Counted from the first letter of the stretch, positions 42,030 to 51,602 are shown. The stretch is 64,000 nt of DNA from an uncultured Candidatus Binatia bacterium (GCA_965242525.1 OZ251459.1:416001-480000); one strand, 5' to 3'. Translations and numbers: made by a program. The notes: generated from the letters alone by a model not told the origin.

Positions 42030-43202
42030 ATGCGACACAGCACCGAGCGCATACTCGTCACCCATACCGGAAGCCTGCCGCGCCCGCGGGAGCTCATCGA
42101 AGCGATGCTCGCGGAGAACGAGGGCAGGGAGGTGGACCGGGCCGACTACGAGGAAAGGCTCCGGCGGTCGGTCCATGAAATCGTGCGCCGGCAGGTGGAG
42201 CTGGGGGTGGACGTGGTGGACGACGGCGAGTTCAGCAAGCGCGGGTTCGCGGTGTACGCGCACCAGCGGCTCGACGGCCTCAGCGCCACCGGCCGGGTGC
42301 GGGTCTCGCCCTGGGACGATTCCCGCGAGTCCCGGGCGTTCCCGGAGTTCTACGCCGCGTCGAGGCCCCCGGCGGGCGCCAGGCCCAACCCCGGCAACAT
42401 GCAGATGGCCTGCACCGGCCCCATCGCCTACAAGGCCCGGGAAAGGCTCGCCCAGGACCTGGAGAACCTGAAGGCCGCGGTCGCCGACGCGGGAGCCGCG
42501 GAGGCGTTCGTGCCCGCCATCTCCCCCTGCGACGTGGCCGGCAACCTGGAGAACGAGTTCTACGCCACGGGCGAGGAGTTCCTCTACGCCATCGCCGACG
42601 CCCTGCGCGTGGAGTACCGGGCCATCGTCGATGCCGGGTTCCTGCTCCAGATCGACGACCCGCTGCTCGTCAACTACTATGTCAAGAACCCGCATCTGAG
42701 CGTCCCCCAGTGCCGGGCGTGGGCGGAAGGGCAGGTCGAAGCCATCAACCACGCCCTGCGGGGCATTCCCGAAGACCGGGTGCGCTACCACACCTGCTAC
42801 GGCATCAACATGGGGCCGCGGGTCCACGACATGGAGATGAAGGACTTCATCGACATCGTCCTCAGTATCCGCGCGGGGGCCTATTCCTTCGAGGCCTCCA
42901 ACCCGCGCCACGAGCACGAGTGGCGCATCTGGGAGGACGTGGAGCTGCCCGAGGGCAAGCTGGTGATCCCCGGCGTCATCACCCAGTCGTCGGTGGTGGT
43001 GGAGCACCCGGAGCTGGTGGCCGAACGGCTCCTGCGGTTCGCCGGACTCGTGGGGCGCGAGAACGTCATCGCCGGCAGCGACTGCGGCTTCGGCACCCAG
43101 GCCCTGGAAGTCCCGGAGATCCACCCGGCCATCGTCTGGGCCAAGTTCCGGGCCATGTCCGAAGGCGCGAGGCTGGCCAGCCGGAGGCTGTGGAGAGGGT
43201 GA
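42030..43202 (+). CDS. Cobalamin-independent methionine synthase II family protein
   Basis: HTGSLPRP, DGE, LQIDDP, Zn ligands HTC / E / DCG. Confidence 0.88.
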   Translation: MRHSTERILVTHTGSLPRPRELIEAMLAENEGREVDRADYEERLRRSVHEIVRRQVELGVDVVDDGEFSKRGFAVYAHQRLDGLSATGRVRVSPWDDSRESRAFPEFYAASRPPAGARPNPGNMQMACTGPIAYKARERLAQDLENLKAAVADAGAAEAFVPAISPCDVAGNLENEFYATGEEFLYAIADALRVEYRAIVDAGFLLQIDDPLLVNYYVKNPHLSVPQCRAWAEGQVEAINHALRGIPEDRVRYHTCYGINMGPRVHDMEMKDFIDIVLSIRAGAYSFEASNPRHEHEWRIWEDVELPEGKLVIPGVITQSSVVVEHPELVAERLLRFAGLVGRENVIAGSDCGFGTQALEVPEIHPAIVWAKFRAMSEGARLASRRLWRG

Positions 43203-43312
43203 CAGGCCACTTGCGCATCGCGGTGCTTGTGTTACGGTCAAAGTAGGGCTTAGAAGACAAGAAAGAAAGGGTCCACAGGATTTCCGACAGTTGGGTTGTT
43301 GAGGAGAGAAGA

Positions 43313-44470
43313 GTGGAAGGCGCCTACAATCATCTTGGCTTGTCTGATTGGCCGTTCTCTGTTGTGCCGAGGGCCAATTTGTGTACGTTTATCGCAGGGA
43401 GGCCTCAACTGGATTCAGACGTCAACGAGTTGCTCCGTAGTTTATCGAGGCGTGACGCGTCTTCCATCCATGTTTTGTGGTCCTGGTTCGGTGCGGGCAA
43501 GACACATTCCCTTTATTTTCTCGCCAACCGTGCAAGAGACTGGAACGGTAATAGGCCGCTGGTCCAACTTCATCCGGTATACACAGAATTCCCAAGATCG
43601 GCCAAGAGTTTCGTTGATCTCTACCGAGCCTTTGCCAGTTCGATGAATCTCCAGGTATTTGCCGACGCGTTTCTTGAACTGGGCACTTCACCGCAGCAGC
43701 AGTTGATATACGATGATCTTCTCTCCAAGAATCCAGATCTCGCAAATGCCCTCAGGATTCTGGCTACCGGGACTAGTCGAGAACAAACGGTAGCAAGGCG
43801 CTGGCTTAGGGGAGACGTCCTTCCACAGGCAGAATTCCGTCGCGTTGGTATCTCTCAAAGGATACGTACTACCGACCTGGGTACACAGACACTTGCCGCT
43901 CTGATTAACCTTCTGACCCCGGCGGAGCAGTTGAGAGGACGGCAAGGTCATCGTCTAATCTGGCTGATCGACGAGTTTCAGCGTGTACAGCACACGGGAA
44001 GGAACGCAATCCTGGACGTCAATGCAGGACTACATTCACTCTTTAACGCATGCCCTGCAGGGCTGTCTCTGGTATTGTCGTTTTCCGGGCAACCGGACTC
44101 CAAGAGCCTCCCCTCGTGGTTTAGTCCCGAAATGAAGGACCGTATCGGGGTAACGAAAGTAATGGTACTACCGCCCCTTCAAAGAACTGAAGCGCGGAGA
44201 TTTATCGAAGACGTCCTCGAGCAGTTCCGTATGGACGGACACAAGGATTCGATTTTGTATCCATTTACTACAGAATCGTGCGATGCGATTTTGGATTACC
44301 TTGAAGAGAAAGGTAACCTACGTCCACGTTCCGTAATGGAGGCATTCAATGCGGTTCTCGAGAAGGCCGACCCTCAAATCGAAATGAAACAGTTCAACTC
44401 GATTTCCGCGGCGTTCGCCAAGGGCGCGCTTGCAGGTCACGTGTTCCTTTCCAGTGAAGAAGGACAGTGA
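43313..44470 (+). CDS. P-loop ATPase (AAA+/STAND-like), island gene 1
   Basis: Walker A WFGAGKT, Walker B WLIDEFQ, YPFT...PRS lid region; GAGGAG before GTG. Confidence 0.8.
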   Translation: MEGAYNHLGLSDWPFSVVPRANLCTFIAGRPQLDSDVNELLRSLSRRDASSIHVLWSWFGAGKTHSLYFLANRARDWNGNRPLVQLHPVYTEFPRSAKSFVDLYRAFASSMNLQVFADAFLELGTSPQQQLIYDDLLSKNPDLANALRILATGTSREQTVARRWLRGDVLPQAEFRRVGISQRIRTTDLGTQTLAALINLLTPAEQLRGRQGHRLIWLIDEFQRVQHTGRNAILDVNAGLHSLFNACPAGLSLVLSFSGQPDSKSLPSWFSPEMKDRIGVTKVMVLPPLQRTEARRFIEDVLEQFRMDGHKDSILYPFTTESCDAILDYLEEKGNLRPRSVMEAFNAVLEKADPQIEMKQFNSISAAFAKGALAGHVFLSSEEGQ

Positions 44471-44476
44471 GTCACC

Positions 44477-45247
44477 ATGAGTAGCTTGCTTCAAGTCTTA
44501 GGTGAGCTTGGCGTCGACGAAACATTGGATGAGCTTATGAGGTCATCAGAGGCGGCATTCGACAGAAACCATCTCGAAGACGTCTTCCAGGATCATGGTG
44601 CGGTTTCGCCTGCTCAGCTATTTGACCGTCTCCTGAATTCTAATATACTGCAAACCATTGGCCAACGGTTTGGATTATCGGCTTACGGTCGCAAGCTTTC
44701 ACTGCTGATCAGCGCTATCAATGGAGCCGACATCGAGAATGTGTTTTTTCGCCTACGCCGTATTGACGGACAACAACCCACTTACGAATTGGTCAGAAAG
44801 GGAATGACTACAGAGTTTTTTACTTCCTTGATTGACCGACCAGGAGTTGGTGCCCTGTATATTTGTTCTCCTTGGATAAATCCGCTGGAAGAGGATTGCA
44901 AGAGGCTGAAGTATGCGATGACAGATGAGGAGAGGCGTACTGGAATACGACCAAGACTACAGGTCGTGACACGTCCCCCTGAGACTCAACCTCGTGGTAC
45001 AGAGACAGGATTGGATTGTTTCCGAGAGGTAGGCGGAACTGTCTATTACCACAAGAAATTGCATAGCAAACTGTATATTAGAGAACCAGGTTTGAACGGC
45101 GGACTGCTGTTAGCGATCGTAGGTTCCGAGAACCTAACCCGCTCCAGTTGGCTGGAACTTGGTATTATGGTTAACGGTGACGACTGGATGGTCAACCAAC
45201 TAATTGGTTACTTTGTCAACCTGGCGAACATCTCTACAGAAGCCTAG
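44477..45247 (+). CDS. Phospholipase D-family (single HKD-like motif) putative nuclease, island gene 2
   Basis: ICSPWI, LHSKLYI...IVGSENLT...ELGI; helical N-terminal domain. Confidence 0.8.
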   Translation: MSSLLQVLGELGVDETLDELMRSSEAAFDRNHLEDVFQDHGAVSPAQLFDRLLNSNILQTIGQRFGLSAYGRKLSLLISAINGADIENVFFRLRRIDGQQPTYELVRKGMTTEFFTSLIDRPGVGALYICSPWINPLEEDCKRLKYAMTDEERRTGIRPRLQVVTRPPETQPRGTETGLDCFREVGGTVYYHKKLHSKLYIREPGLNGGLLLAIVGSENLTRSSWLELGIMVNGDDWMVNQLIGYFVNLANISTEA

Positions 45248-45257
45248 GAGGACTTCC

Positions 45258-46400
45258 ATGAATGACGTGAAGGAGCTAATCGCAGACAAGTACGGGTTAT
45301 CTCGCGATAATTTCATTCTCGACCCAATCGAGGATTTTGCTTGTTTTGCGAGAGACGACATAGCGGTACAGGACATTGCAGAAGGCCTCGACATTGACCT
45401 GGTGACAGGATTGGCGCCGAAGCGTCTGGTCTGGGGACCATATGGTGGCGGCAAAACACATATGTTAATGAATACCATGAGCCAGTTGAAGAGACTTACA
45501 GACATAAAGCCAGTCAGGATTGAGTGCCCGGATCTATCGAGGAAATCCCGATTCCATGATCTGTATCGTGAAGGAATTATGCGAGGTTTAGGAGAAGGTT
45601 TCGTGATAGGATTGATGGAGGATGTCGTTCAGAAGGTGGGCTTTAAACCACGAGATGCATTGCGCTCTGAACTCACAAGATGGTTTAGCGATGAGGAGGT
45701 CGGAAAGGCCGCAGAGCAACTGTATAATCCGAACTTCGAACGACTGAAGCTGTGGCGCTGGATCTCCGGGGTAGGGATGTCACGGGCCGATCTGGATCTG
45801 CTGGGACAGAGTCAGGATCTGACGCAAGCCGAAGCGGCTCGACTTGCGGACTTGGTCGTAATGCTTGGTATGTTACTGAAGGGTCTCCGAGGAGAAACGT
45901 TGGTATTAATTCTAGATGAGATGGAACGCCTTAGGACTATCGGTCCTGAAGCTATCCCGACCTTCATTTCAGGATTCTCGCACTTGGTCGACCCGAGTCA
46001 ACGTCACGTGAGTGTGCTCATTGGTGCATCCGCGGCATTACAAACTGAAATGGTGGAAATCTTTAGCGTGGGAAGTCCAGTGATGTCACGATTAGGCGAA
46101 GACGTTAATATCGAGGTTGCTCCTTTGCAGGCTCAAGATGTTGCCCAGTTTGTCGAGAAGTTGCTTGATTTTGTTAGGAAGAGGGAGTTTGATGTGGCGG
46201 CCGCTATGAAAGCAGTTAACACGTCGACGCAGGAGACCTTGCAGGCGAAATTCTATCCTTTTACGAAAGAGGCTGTTGATGCAATGAGTTCCAATCTTGT
46301 TGCGCTGACGCCGCGTGCCATCACAATGCAATTGACGCGAGCGCTGGGGCGAGCTTATCGACGAGAACAGGGTGTGATTACTACAGAATGTGTTTCATAG
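45258..46400 (+). CDS. P-loop ATPase, apparent distant paralog of 43313-44470, island gene 3
   Basis: Walker A GPYGGGKT, Walker B LILDEME, YPFT...PRA; AGGAGG Shine-Dalgarno. Confidence 0.8.
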   Translation: MNDVKELIADKYGLSRDNFILDPIEDFACFARDDIAVQDIAEGLDIDLVTGLAPKRLVWGPYGGGKTHMLMNTMSQLKRLTDIKPVRIECPDLSRKSRFHDLYREGIMRGLGEGFVIGLMEDVVQKVGFKPRDALRSELTRWFSDEEVGKAAEQLYNPNFERLKLWRWISGVGMSRADLDLLGQSQDLTQAEAARLADLVVMLGMLLKGLRGETLVLILDEMERLRTIGPEAIPTFISGFSHLVDPSQRHVSVLIGASAALQTEMVEIFSVGSPVMSRLGEDVNIEVAPLQAQDVAQFVEKLLDFVRKREFDVAAAMKAVNTSTQETLQAKFYPFTKEAVDAMSSNLVALTPRAITMQLTRALGRAYRREQGVITTECVS

Positions 46401-46410
46401 GTCAGAGACA

Positions 46411-47886
46411 ATGGCAGGACAAATCCCAGACATGCGATTTCGGTTGACCCATACATTTAGTGCACAACCTCCACTCATATGCGATCCGATGTCGGGCAAA
46501 GGGTTGCTTATAGGCCAAAATGCTCCCAGAGACACGCCGGAGGCCATCTACCTGGGCAAGAGCGCTGAAACCCCGCACCAGAATGTGTGGATGGACACAA
46601 GAGGGGCACATGTCCTATATGTAATGGGCAAGCGACGCAGTGGCAAGAGCTATACACTGGGTACCATCGCGGAAGGACTTGTGTCGACGAAATGGATACA
46701 TCAAGGCCAAATGTTCCCTGGCGTTTTGATTTTGGACACGATGAATGTCTATTTGACCATGCCCTTTACCATAGAAGGCACGTTGTCCGAGGAACACCCG
46801 GAAGTTAGGGAAGCCAGAAAGTGGAAATTGGAGGTTGACGACCTCCAGCCGAGACTTTTTTCGCCTAGCGGATTCGAATTGCCAAAGGGGGTTGAAGGAG
46901 AGACGATCACCCTTAGGGCATCTGATCTAGGCATAGAGGAGTGGTGCGGGTTGTTCCAAGTAGATCCTTTTGTAGATCCGATGGGACACCTGTTAACAAC
47001 TGTTTGCTCCAAACTTCTCCAGGAGGGAATGCGAGACAAGGAAACGGGTAGGGTGAGAGAACCTAATGAGGTTTTCGACATCCCAGAAATGATCGAGGTC
47101 GTGGACAGGGACCTGGAAGTGGACGCGTTTGCTGTTGACACACGTGAAGCATTAAAGCGACGCTTGCAGGCTCTCGCCCGGTTGCCACTCTTTGGGCCAG
47201 ATGGGCTGGACGTACGATATTTGCTCCAACCGGGAAGAATTTCGATTCTCCTCCTCCGCGACCTTGATGCCGAAATGCGGTCCGTGTTGGTTTCGCTGAT
47301 AATCAAACGTGTGATTCAATTGCGATCCCTGTCCGAGCAGCACGAGCGTCTTATTCCAATTCATAGAGAAAGGGCGGCAAAGCTCATGCAGTCAGACCCC
47401 GTAGCGGCGCAAAAAGAGAGGGATGAGGCGCGGTTTTGCGAAGAGCGAGCCAAGGAAGGCCTAGCGCGCTCCTGGATCATCATTGATGAGGCTCACAACT
47501 ACATACCGGCTAGGGGTCACGCAGCGTCGCGAAAGCCACTCAAGAAATATGTTGATGAAGGTAGAAACGTAGGTCTTTCGATTGTGGTCGCCACGCAACA
47601 GCCTTCCGGTCTTGATCCGTCAATTCAACGAAACGCTGACATGATTTTAGTTCATTCGCTGAGTCACCAGGATGACATTGTCGCTGCGAGAGGAATGATC
47701 AACACATCTAATCCCGACGAAGTGGTCTTGGATGGCAAGTACAAATTCCAGGCAAATAAGACCTTCGAAGCATTAGTGAGGAGCCTTCCTATCGGTTATG
47801 CGGTTGCGTCGACTGATCGCGCTAACCGGCTGTTTCCGATAAAGATAAGGCCGAGAGCGACAGTACACGGAGGAGGTGACTATTGA
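46411..47886 (+). CDS. HerA/FtsK-family ATPase (DUF87-like), island gene 4
   Basis: GKRRSGKS, IIIDEAHNY, EGRNVG, VVATQQPS. Confidence 0.85.
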   Translation: MAGQIPDMRFRLTHTFSAQPPLICDPMSGKGLLIGQNAPRDTPEAIYLGKSAETPHQNVWMDTRGAHVLYVMGKRRSGKSYTLGTIAEGLVSTKWIHQGQMFPGVLILDTMNVYLTMPFTIEGTLSEEHPEVREARKWKLEVDDLQPRLFSPSGFELPKGVEGETITLRASDLGIEEWCGLFQVDPFVDPMGHLLTTVCSKLLQEGMRDKETGRVREPNEVFDIPEMIEVVDRDLEVDAFAVDTREALKRRLQALARLPLFGPDGLDVRYLLQPGRISILLLRDLDAEMRSVLVSLIIKRVIQLRSLSEQHERLIPIHRERAAKLMQSDPVAAQKERDEARFCEERAKEGLARSWIIIDEAHNYIPARGHAASRKPLKKYVDEGRNVGLSIVVATQQPSGLDPSIQRNADMILVHSLSHQDDIVAARGMINTSNPDEVVLDGKYKFQANKTFEALVRSLPIGYAVASTDRANRLFPIKIRPRATVHGGGDY

Positions 47887-48911
47887 TAGAAGTACGATTA
47901 CTTGGGCGTACTCATTACCAGGTACTGGAGCCAGCATTACTTAGATTGCTGATTCAGGCTTGTACCTCGCCGACAAGTAGTGCTTTTCGAGACCAAGTAG
48001 CCAGAAAACTCTCTGGCTGTCAACGCGATTTGAATGTAGTGGCTGCCGGTTACGCGGTTGATCTAGCCAAGGGGTTGAGGCTTGTGCATGCGAATTTAGT
48101 CTGGACCCATTTGGCCCATTTGTTGAACATAGTAGCGGGTAAGGGTATGGCAGACTCGTGGCCAGAACTCAATGACGCAGAGCGAATCGTATTTTTCAGA
48201 CTTTTCCTTGAATTCGATGGCGCTGCGCTGATTTTCTTTGCGAAGAAGATCGAAGTACAATCTCAGGTTCCAGTTCAGGACGAAGGCTGGACGGAGATAG
48301 CTCAAGATCTCTTCAAGAACACGTACGAAGAGTACCTGGAGTTCGCTACCGGTCCCGAATTTCGGATTCGGTTGCGCCAATTGCTCGAAAAACGACGACG
48401 TCGCCCATTTCAAGGTAGGTCGGGCACGCATCAGTCGTGGCTTCATATACACGCGCTTCACAGGTTGGACCTTGTGGAGCAAGTGGAGGGGGGGGGCACA
48501 CGAGTCTACAGAGGTAAATCACAGGTAAGGGGGATGCAACGGCCCACGCATAGGCTAATCGGTGCAATCCCTGACCTAAGGGTTTTGGAGAAGGTCGTAG
48601 ATGCTGGCATGTGTTACGAAGTAGTTGGCGAAGTACTCGGATATGTATATTCTGATCAAGAGATGTGCGACACTGAGTTTATGGATAAAGTTCGATCAAT
48701 ATATCGTGATGTGATGGCTACTGGCATCGCGATTTGTCCGATACAGACGGTGACAGAAGCAATACAAGTCCAATCAATCATGGAATGTCACAAACCGCCC
48801 AGAACAGAGCATATACTAGAGCGACTGAAGGTGATGCAACGATATGCCCCTCGTGAGATACGATTCCACGTAGATAGGTCTGGATTTCCAGCTTACATAA
48901 AAATGGACTAA
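47883..48911 (+). CDS. Hypothetical protein, island gene 5
   Basis: 342-aa ORF; TTG start overlaps the HerA stop, with GGAGGAGGT upstream; no motif recognised. Confidence 0.7.
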   Translation: MIEVRLLGRTHYQVLEPALLRLLIQACTSPTSSAFRDQVARKLSGCQRDLNVVAAGYAVDLAKGLRLVHANLVWTHLAHLLNIVAGKGMADSWPELNDAERIVFFRLFLEFDGAALIFFAKKIEVQSQVPVQDEGWTEIAQDLFKNTYEEYLEFATGPEFRIRLRQLLEKRRRRPFQGRSGTHQSWLHIHALHRLDLVEQVEGGGTRVYRGKSQVRGMQRPTHRLIGAIPDLRVLEKVVDAGMCYEVVGEVLGYVYSDQEMCDTEFMDKVRSIYRDVMATGIAICPIQTVTEAIQVQSIMECHKPPRTEHILERLKVMQRYAPREIRFHVDRSGFPAYIKMD

Positions 48912-48958
48912 TCTGCAAGATAGAGGGATGGAGGGGAGGGCGTGGCGGAGGGTGTTGT

Positions 48959-50308
48959 TCAGATCCTTTCGTAAACGAGGACGTACTCCTTGTCGATATC
49001 AGCACTGTTATGCCGAGAGTATGTCATATACCGATTTTTTATAGGATACCAATATAGATCGACCAGACGAAATCCGGACGCGGCCATTTCGTTAAACAAC
49101 TCTACGGTCGGGATTTCGGACCCGTTCCAAGAGTTTTTCCCAACCACGAAGATTGCCCGGCATCCAGGAAGTAACAAGGCAGCTAAACCGGCGAGACATT
49201 TTGTCATAGAACACACGTAATGTTTAAAGTTGCGTGCACGCTCTTCGTTCAGGACGGTGATTTTCTTTTCCCATTTTTGCGCTAGTCTAGAGGTGAGTTC
49301 GCCATTTCGGACTACGGAGTTTGACTTTGGAACCCTGTCAAGACCTATGTAGTGAGAACGGAGAGCCAGTCGAGCTTGGCGACTATCAATCAAGTCCAAC
49401 CAGTACATTTCAAGAGTATGTCGACGGTGATAGTCAACTGCGTTCTGGTAAGGCGGTGAAGTAATCACTACATCTACTGGTTTGCGAATGTACTTTCGTA
49501 TCTGAGTGGCGTTCCCACGCCTTACTTGGCCGAGTTTCCGGTTGGCTCCTGCACGGCACTCAAACTGTTCCCAATCATCGAGTGCACGGGCTATCGCACG
49601 CCTTAACAGCAAGTACGGATTGACGTGTCGTCCCCTTTCTTCGAGCTTGAGCATGTGAGAGGTAACTTCGAGGCCGGATACAGGGACAGGATCGGCGTTT
49701 GACGACTTCCGGATGATGGATGCGTAACATAATTTGAGAAATTTGCGAGGAGAGGGATCGATCTGTAAGCGATTGATTTCGCGTTTAATCACGCCAAGGT
49801 CGACTGCGACATAACGACGAAACCAATGAAATAGATTGGGTATGGGAGGCAGCGAGAGGGTTTCGGTTTGAATCTCTGCTTGGAACTCGACGTCGGTGAG
49901 GTCTTGAAACATGAGGCGTTTGTAGTCCTCCTTTGACCTTTCGAAATTTGCCAATACGGTGAGCAATTTCTGAGTGGCGTCTCGTAGTCGACTGGCGGAA
50001 ATCGGCAGGATCTTAGCGTTGCTGACAAAGGTGGCGACCGGATCGACGTCGATCCCAATAATTCTTCGGCCGAGAGGCAATGCCTCCACAAGTAAGGTGC
50101 CACTGCCGCAGAAAGGATCGAGGATTACGTCTTGCGGCTTGGTGAATTTTTCAATGAGTGCCCGGGCGACTGGAGGATGGAATTTTGCAGGGTACCGGAA
50201 CAAATAATGTGTTAACCGCTCGGGAACCTGCTGGTCGAAATGGAATCTCGACAATTTAGGTTTTCGTATCACGTGATAGTTGGAAAACATCTGATGCAAC
50301 TCATACAT
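48959..50308 (-). CDS. Amino (N4-C/N6-A) DNA methyltransferase
   Basis: YPAKFHP, motif I LDPFCGSGT before motif IV TSPPY; convergent with the ATPase operon. Confidence 0.9.
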   Translation of the reverse strand: MYELHQMFSNYHVIRKPKLSRFHFDQQVPERLTHYLFRYPAKFHPPVARALIEKFTKPQDVILDPFCGSGTLLVEALPLGRRIIGIDVDPVATFVSNAKILPISASRLRDATQKLLTVLANFERSKEDYKRLMFQDLTDVEFQAEIQTETLSLPPIPNLFHWFRRYVAVDLGVIKREINRLQIDPSPRKFLKLCYASIIRKSSNADPVPVSGLEVTSHMLKLEERGRHVNPYLLLRRAIARALDDWEQFECRAGANRKLGQVRRGNATQIRKYIRKPVDVVITSPPYQNAVDYHRRHTLEMYWLDLIDSRQARLALRSHYIGLDRVPKSNSVVRNGELTSRLAQKWEKKITVLNEERARNFKHYVCSMTKCLAGLAALLLPGCRAIFVVGKNSWNGSEIPTVELFNEMAASGFRLVDLYWYPIKNRYMTYSRHNSADIDKEYVLVYERI

Positions 50309-50413
50309 TGTAGGCGTGGAACGCTCAGGTTACCAACGGATCGTTAATCTTTCGGCCTTTCGCTCCACAGGATGATACTGCCTCCCGCTCGTGAGGTGGG
50401 CGCGGGCGGCGGG

Positions 50414-50749
50414 TCAGACTTCGTCGTCGAGTGCATCCTGTTTGCGCTTGATGACCGCTCCCATATCCAGGCCGATCCTCGCCCAGTCGTCTCTCAAGGC
50501 GCTGGACACGTCTGCATGGGGGATGGTGATCCGTCGGGCCGGATGGGCAAACGAAGTGACCTCGGCGATACCCGTCACGAAGGAGTTCCACAGACACAGC
50601 ACTCTTGGCCGGAAGCGATGGGACGGGGGGCGCCGGACACGTGGTTTCGGAGTTCTTCCATGTGCAATGGACACGGCCTTGTCCTCATCGGGTGCGGGCG
50701 GGCAAGAAGTTGCCATGCCGTAACCGCCGCATCGGATAGCGGCGGACAT
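50414..50749 (-). CDS. Small hypothetical protein (start uncertain)
   Basis: Protein-like C-terminus SALRDDWARIGLDMGAVIKR; no function assigned. Confidence 0.35.
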   Translation of the reverse strand: MSAAIRCGGYGMATSCPPAPDEDKAVSIAHGRTPKPRVRRPPSHRFRPRVLCLWNSFVTGIAEVTSFAHPARRITIPHADVSSALRDDWARIGLDMGAVIKRKQDALDDEV

Positions 50750-50953
50750 CGTCCACCTCTATCCGATAAAGGCAAACCTCGGTATTGTCAAGCGCTGCCG
50801 GACTCTTGGGGGCGTCCTGTCCGTCCCGGCTTGCCCTTGGGACCCTCCGCGGTCGCTTCCCGGTCCCCCGCGGTCCCCGCAGGCCGTTGACAACGTGGAG
50901 CCGGGTTGGGTAATGTCTCGCAGGTGAGGGCGCATGCAAGATCGGGGGGAACC

Positions 50954-51550
50954 ATGGCAAAGCTGTTGATGCTCGATCCGAGGGCCGACGTCCTGCTGGA
51001 GAACCATCCGCCCGTCCCGGGGCTGGACGGTCTGGCGGGCAAGGTGGTGGGCATACTCGACAACGGCCAGGCCAACTCCAGTCCCATGTTCCGGGAGTTG
51101 GCCCAGCTCATCGAGGAACGGTCCGGGGCCGCGGAGGTCGTCCTCAGGAAGAAGCCCAGCCACATGCAGGGGGCGCCGGGGGAGATGATCGAGGAGATGC
51201 TCGGCCGGTGCGACGCGGTGGTCACCGGCCTCGGCGCCTGAGGCTCGTGCACGTCGTGGAGTGTCCACGACGCCATCGAGATCCAGAAGCGGGGCAAGCC
51301 TACGGTGACCCTGTGCCAGTCCATCTTCATGGCGCTGGGCAGGAAGGAGGCTGTGTTCTTCGGCATGCCGCAACTGCCGCTGGTGGAGATCCCCCACCAC
51401 CCCAGCGGCGGCGCCCGGCCCGGTGAGCACCGGCAGGACGCCGAGATCGCCATCGGGCCGGTGCGGGAGACCCTGACGGACGCCGGCGCCGGAGGGCGGG
51501 GAGGCGCGGGCGCCGACGCCCCGGGGAACGCCGCCCGGCCCGCGGGATAG
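50954..51550 (+). CDS. UGSC-family selenoprotein (in-frame UGA at 51239-51241 read as Sec)
   Basis: ORFs 50906-51241 and 51305-51550 share a frame; readthrough gives VVTGLGA-U-GSCTSWSVHD (UxxC) and 198 aa. Confidence 0.8.
51252..51272 (+). promoter_or_regulatory. Candidate bacterial SECIS hairpin
   Basis: CGTCGTGGA-GTG-TCCACGACG, a perfect 9-bp stem separated from the UGA by 10 nt. Confidence 0.6.
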
Positions 51551-51602
51551 CGCTCCGCACGGGAGTTTCCGGCGCTACGGCCCATCCGCCGACATCGTAC
51601 GC

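Noticed and set aside
48922-48951. G-rich tract resembling a G-quadruplex between convergent island genes
   Set aside because: Short, with a long loop and no independent support.
43203-50400. Island as BREX, DISARM, classical type I/III R-M, or an integrative element
   Set aside because: No PglZ, DrmA/B, HsdR/S or Res motifs; no integrase, tRNA or att repeats were visible at the borders.
50906-51550. Two small genes or a nonsense pseudogene
   Set aside because: The in-frame UGA lies in a UGSC motif with a downstream hairpin, so Sec recoding is the better explanation.
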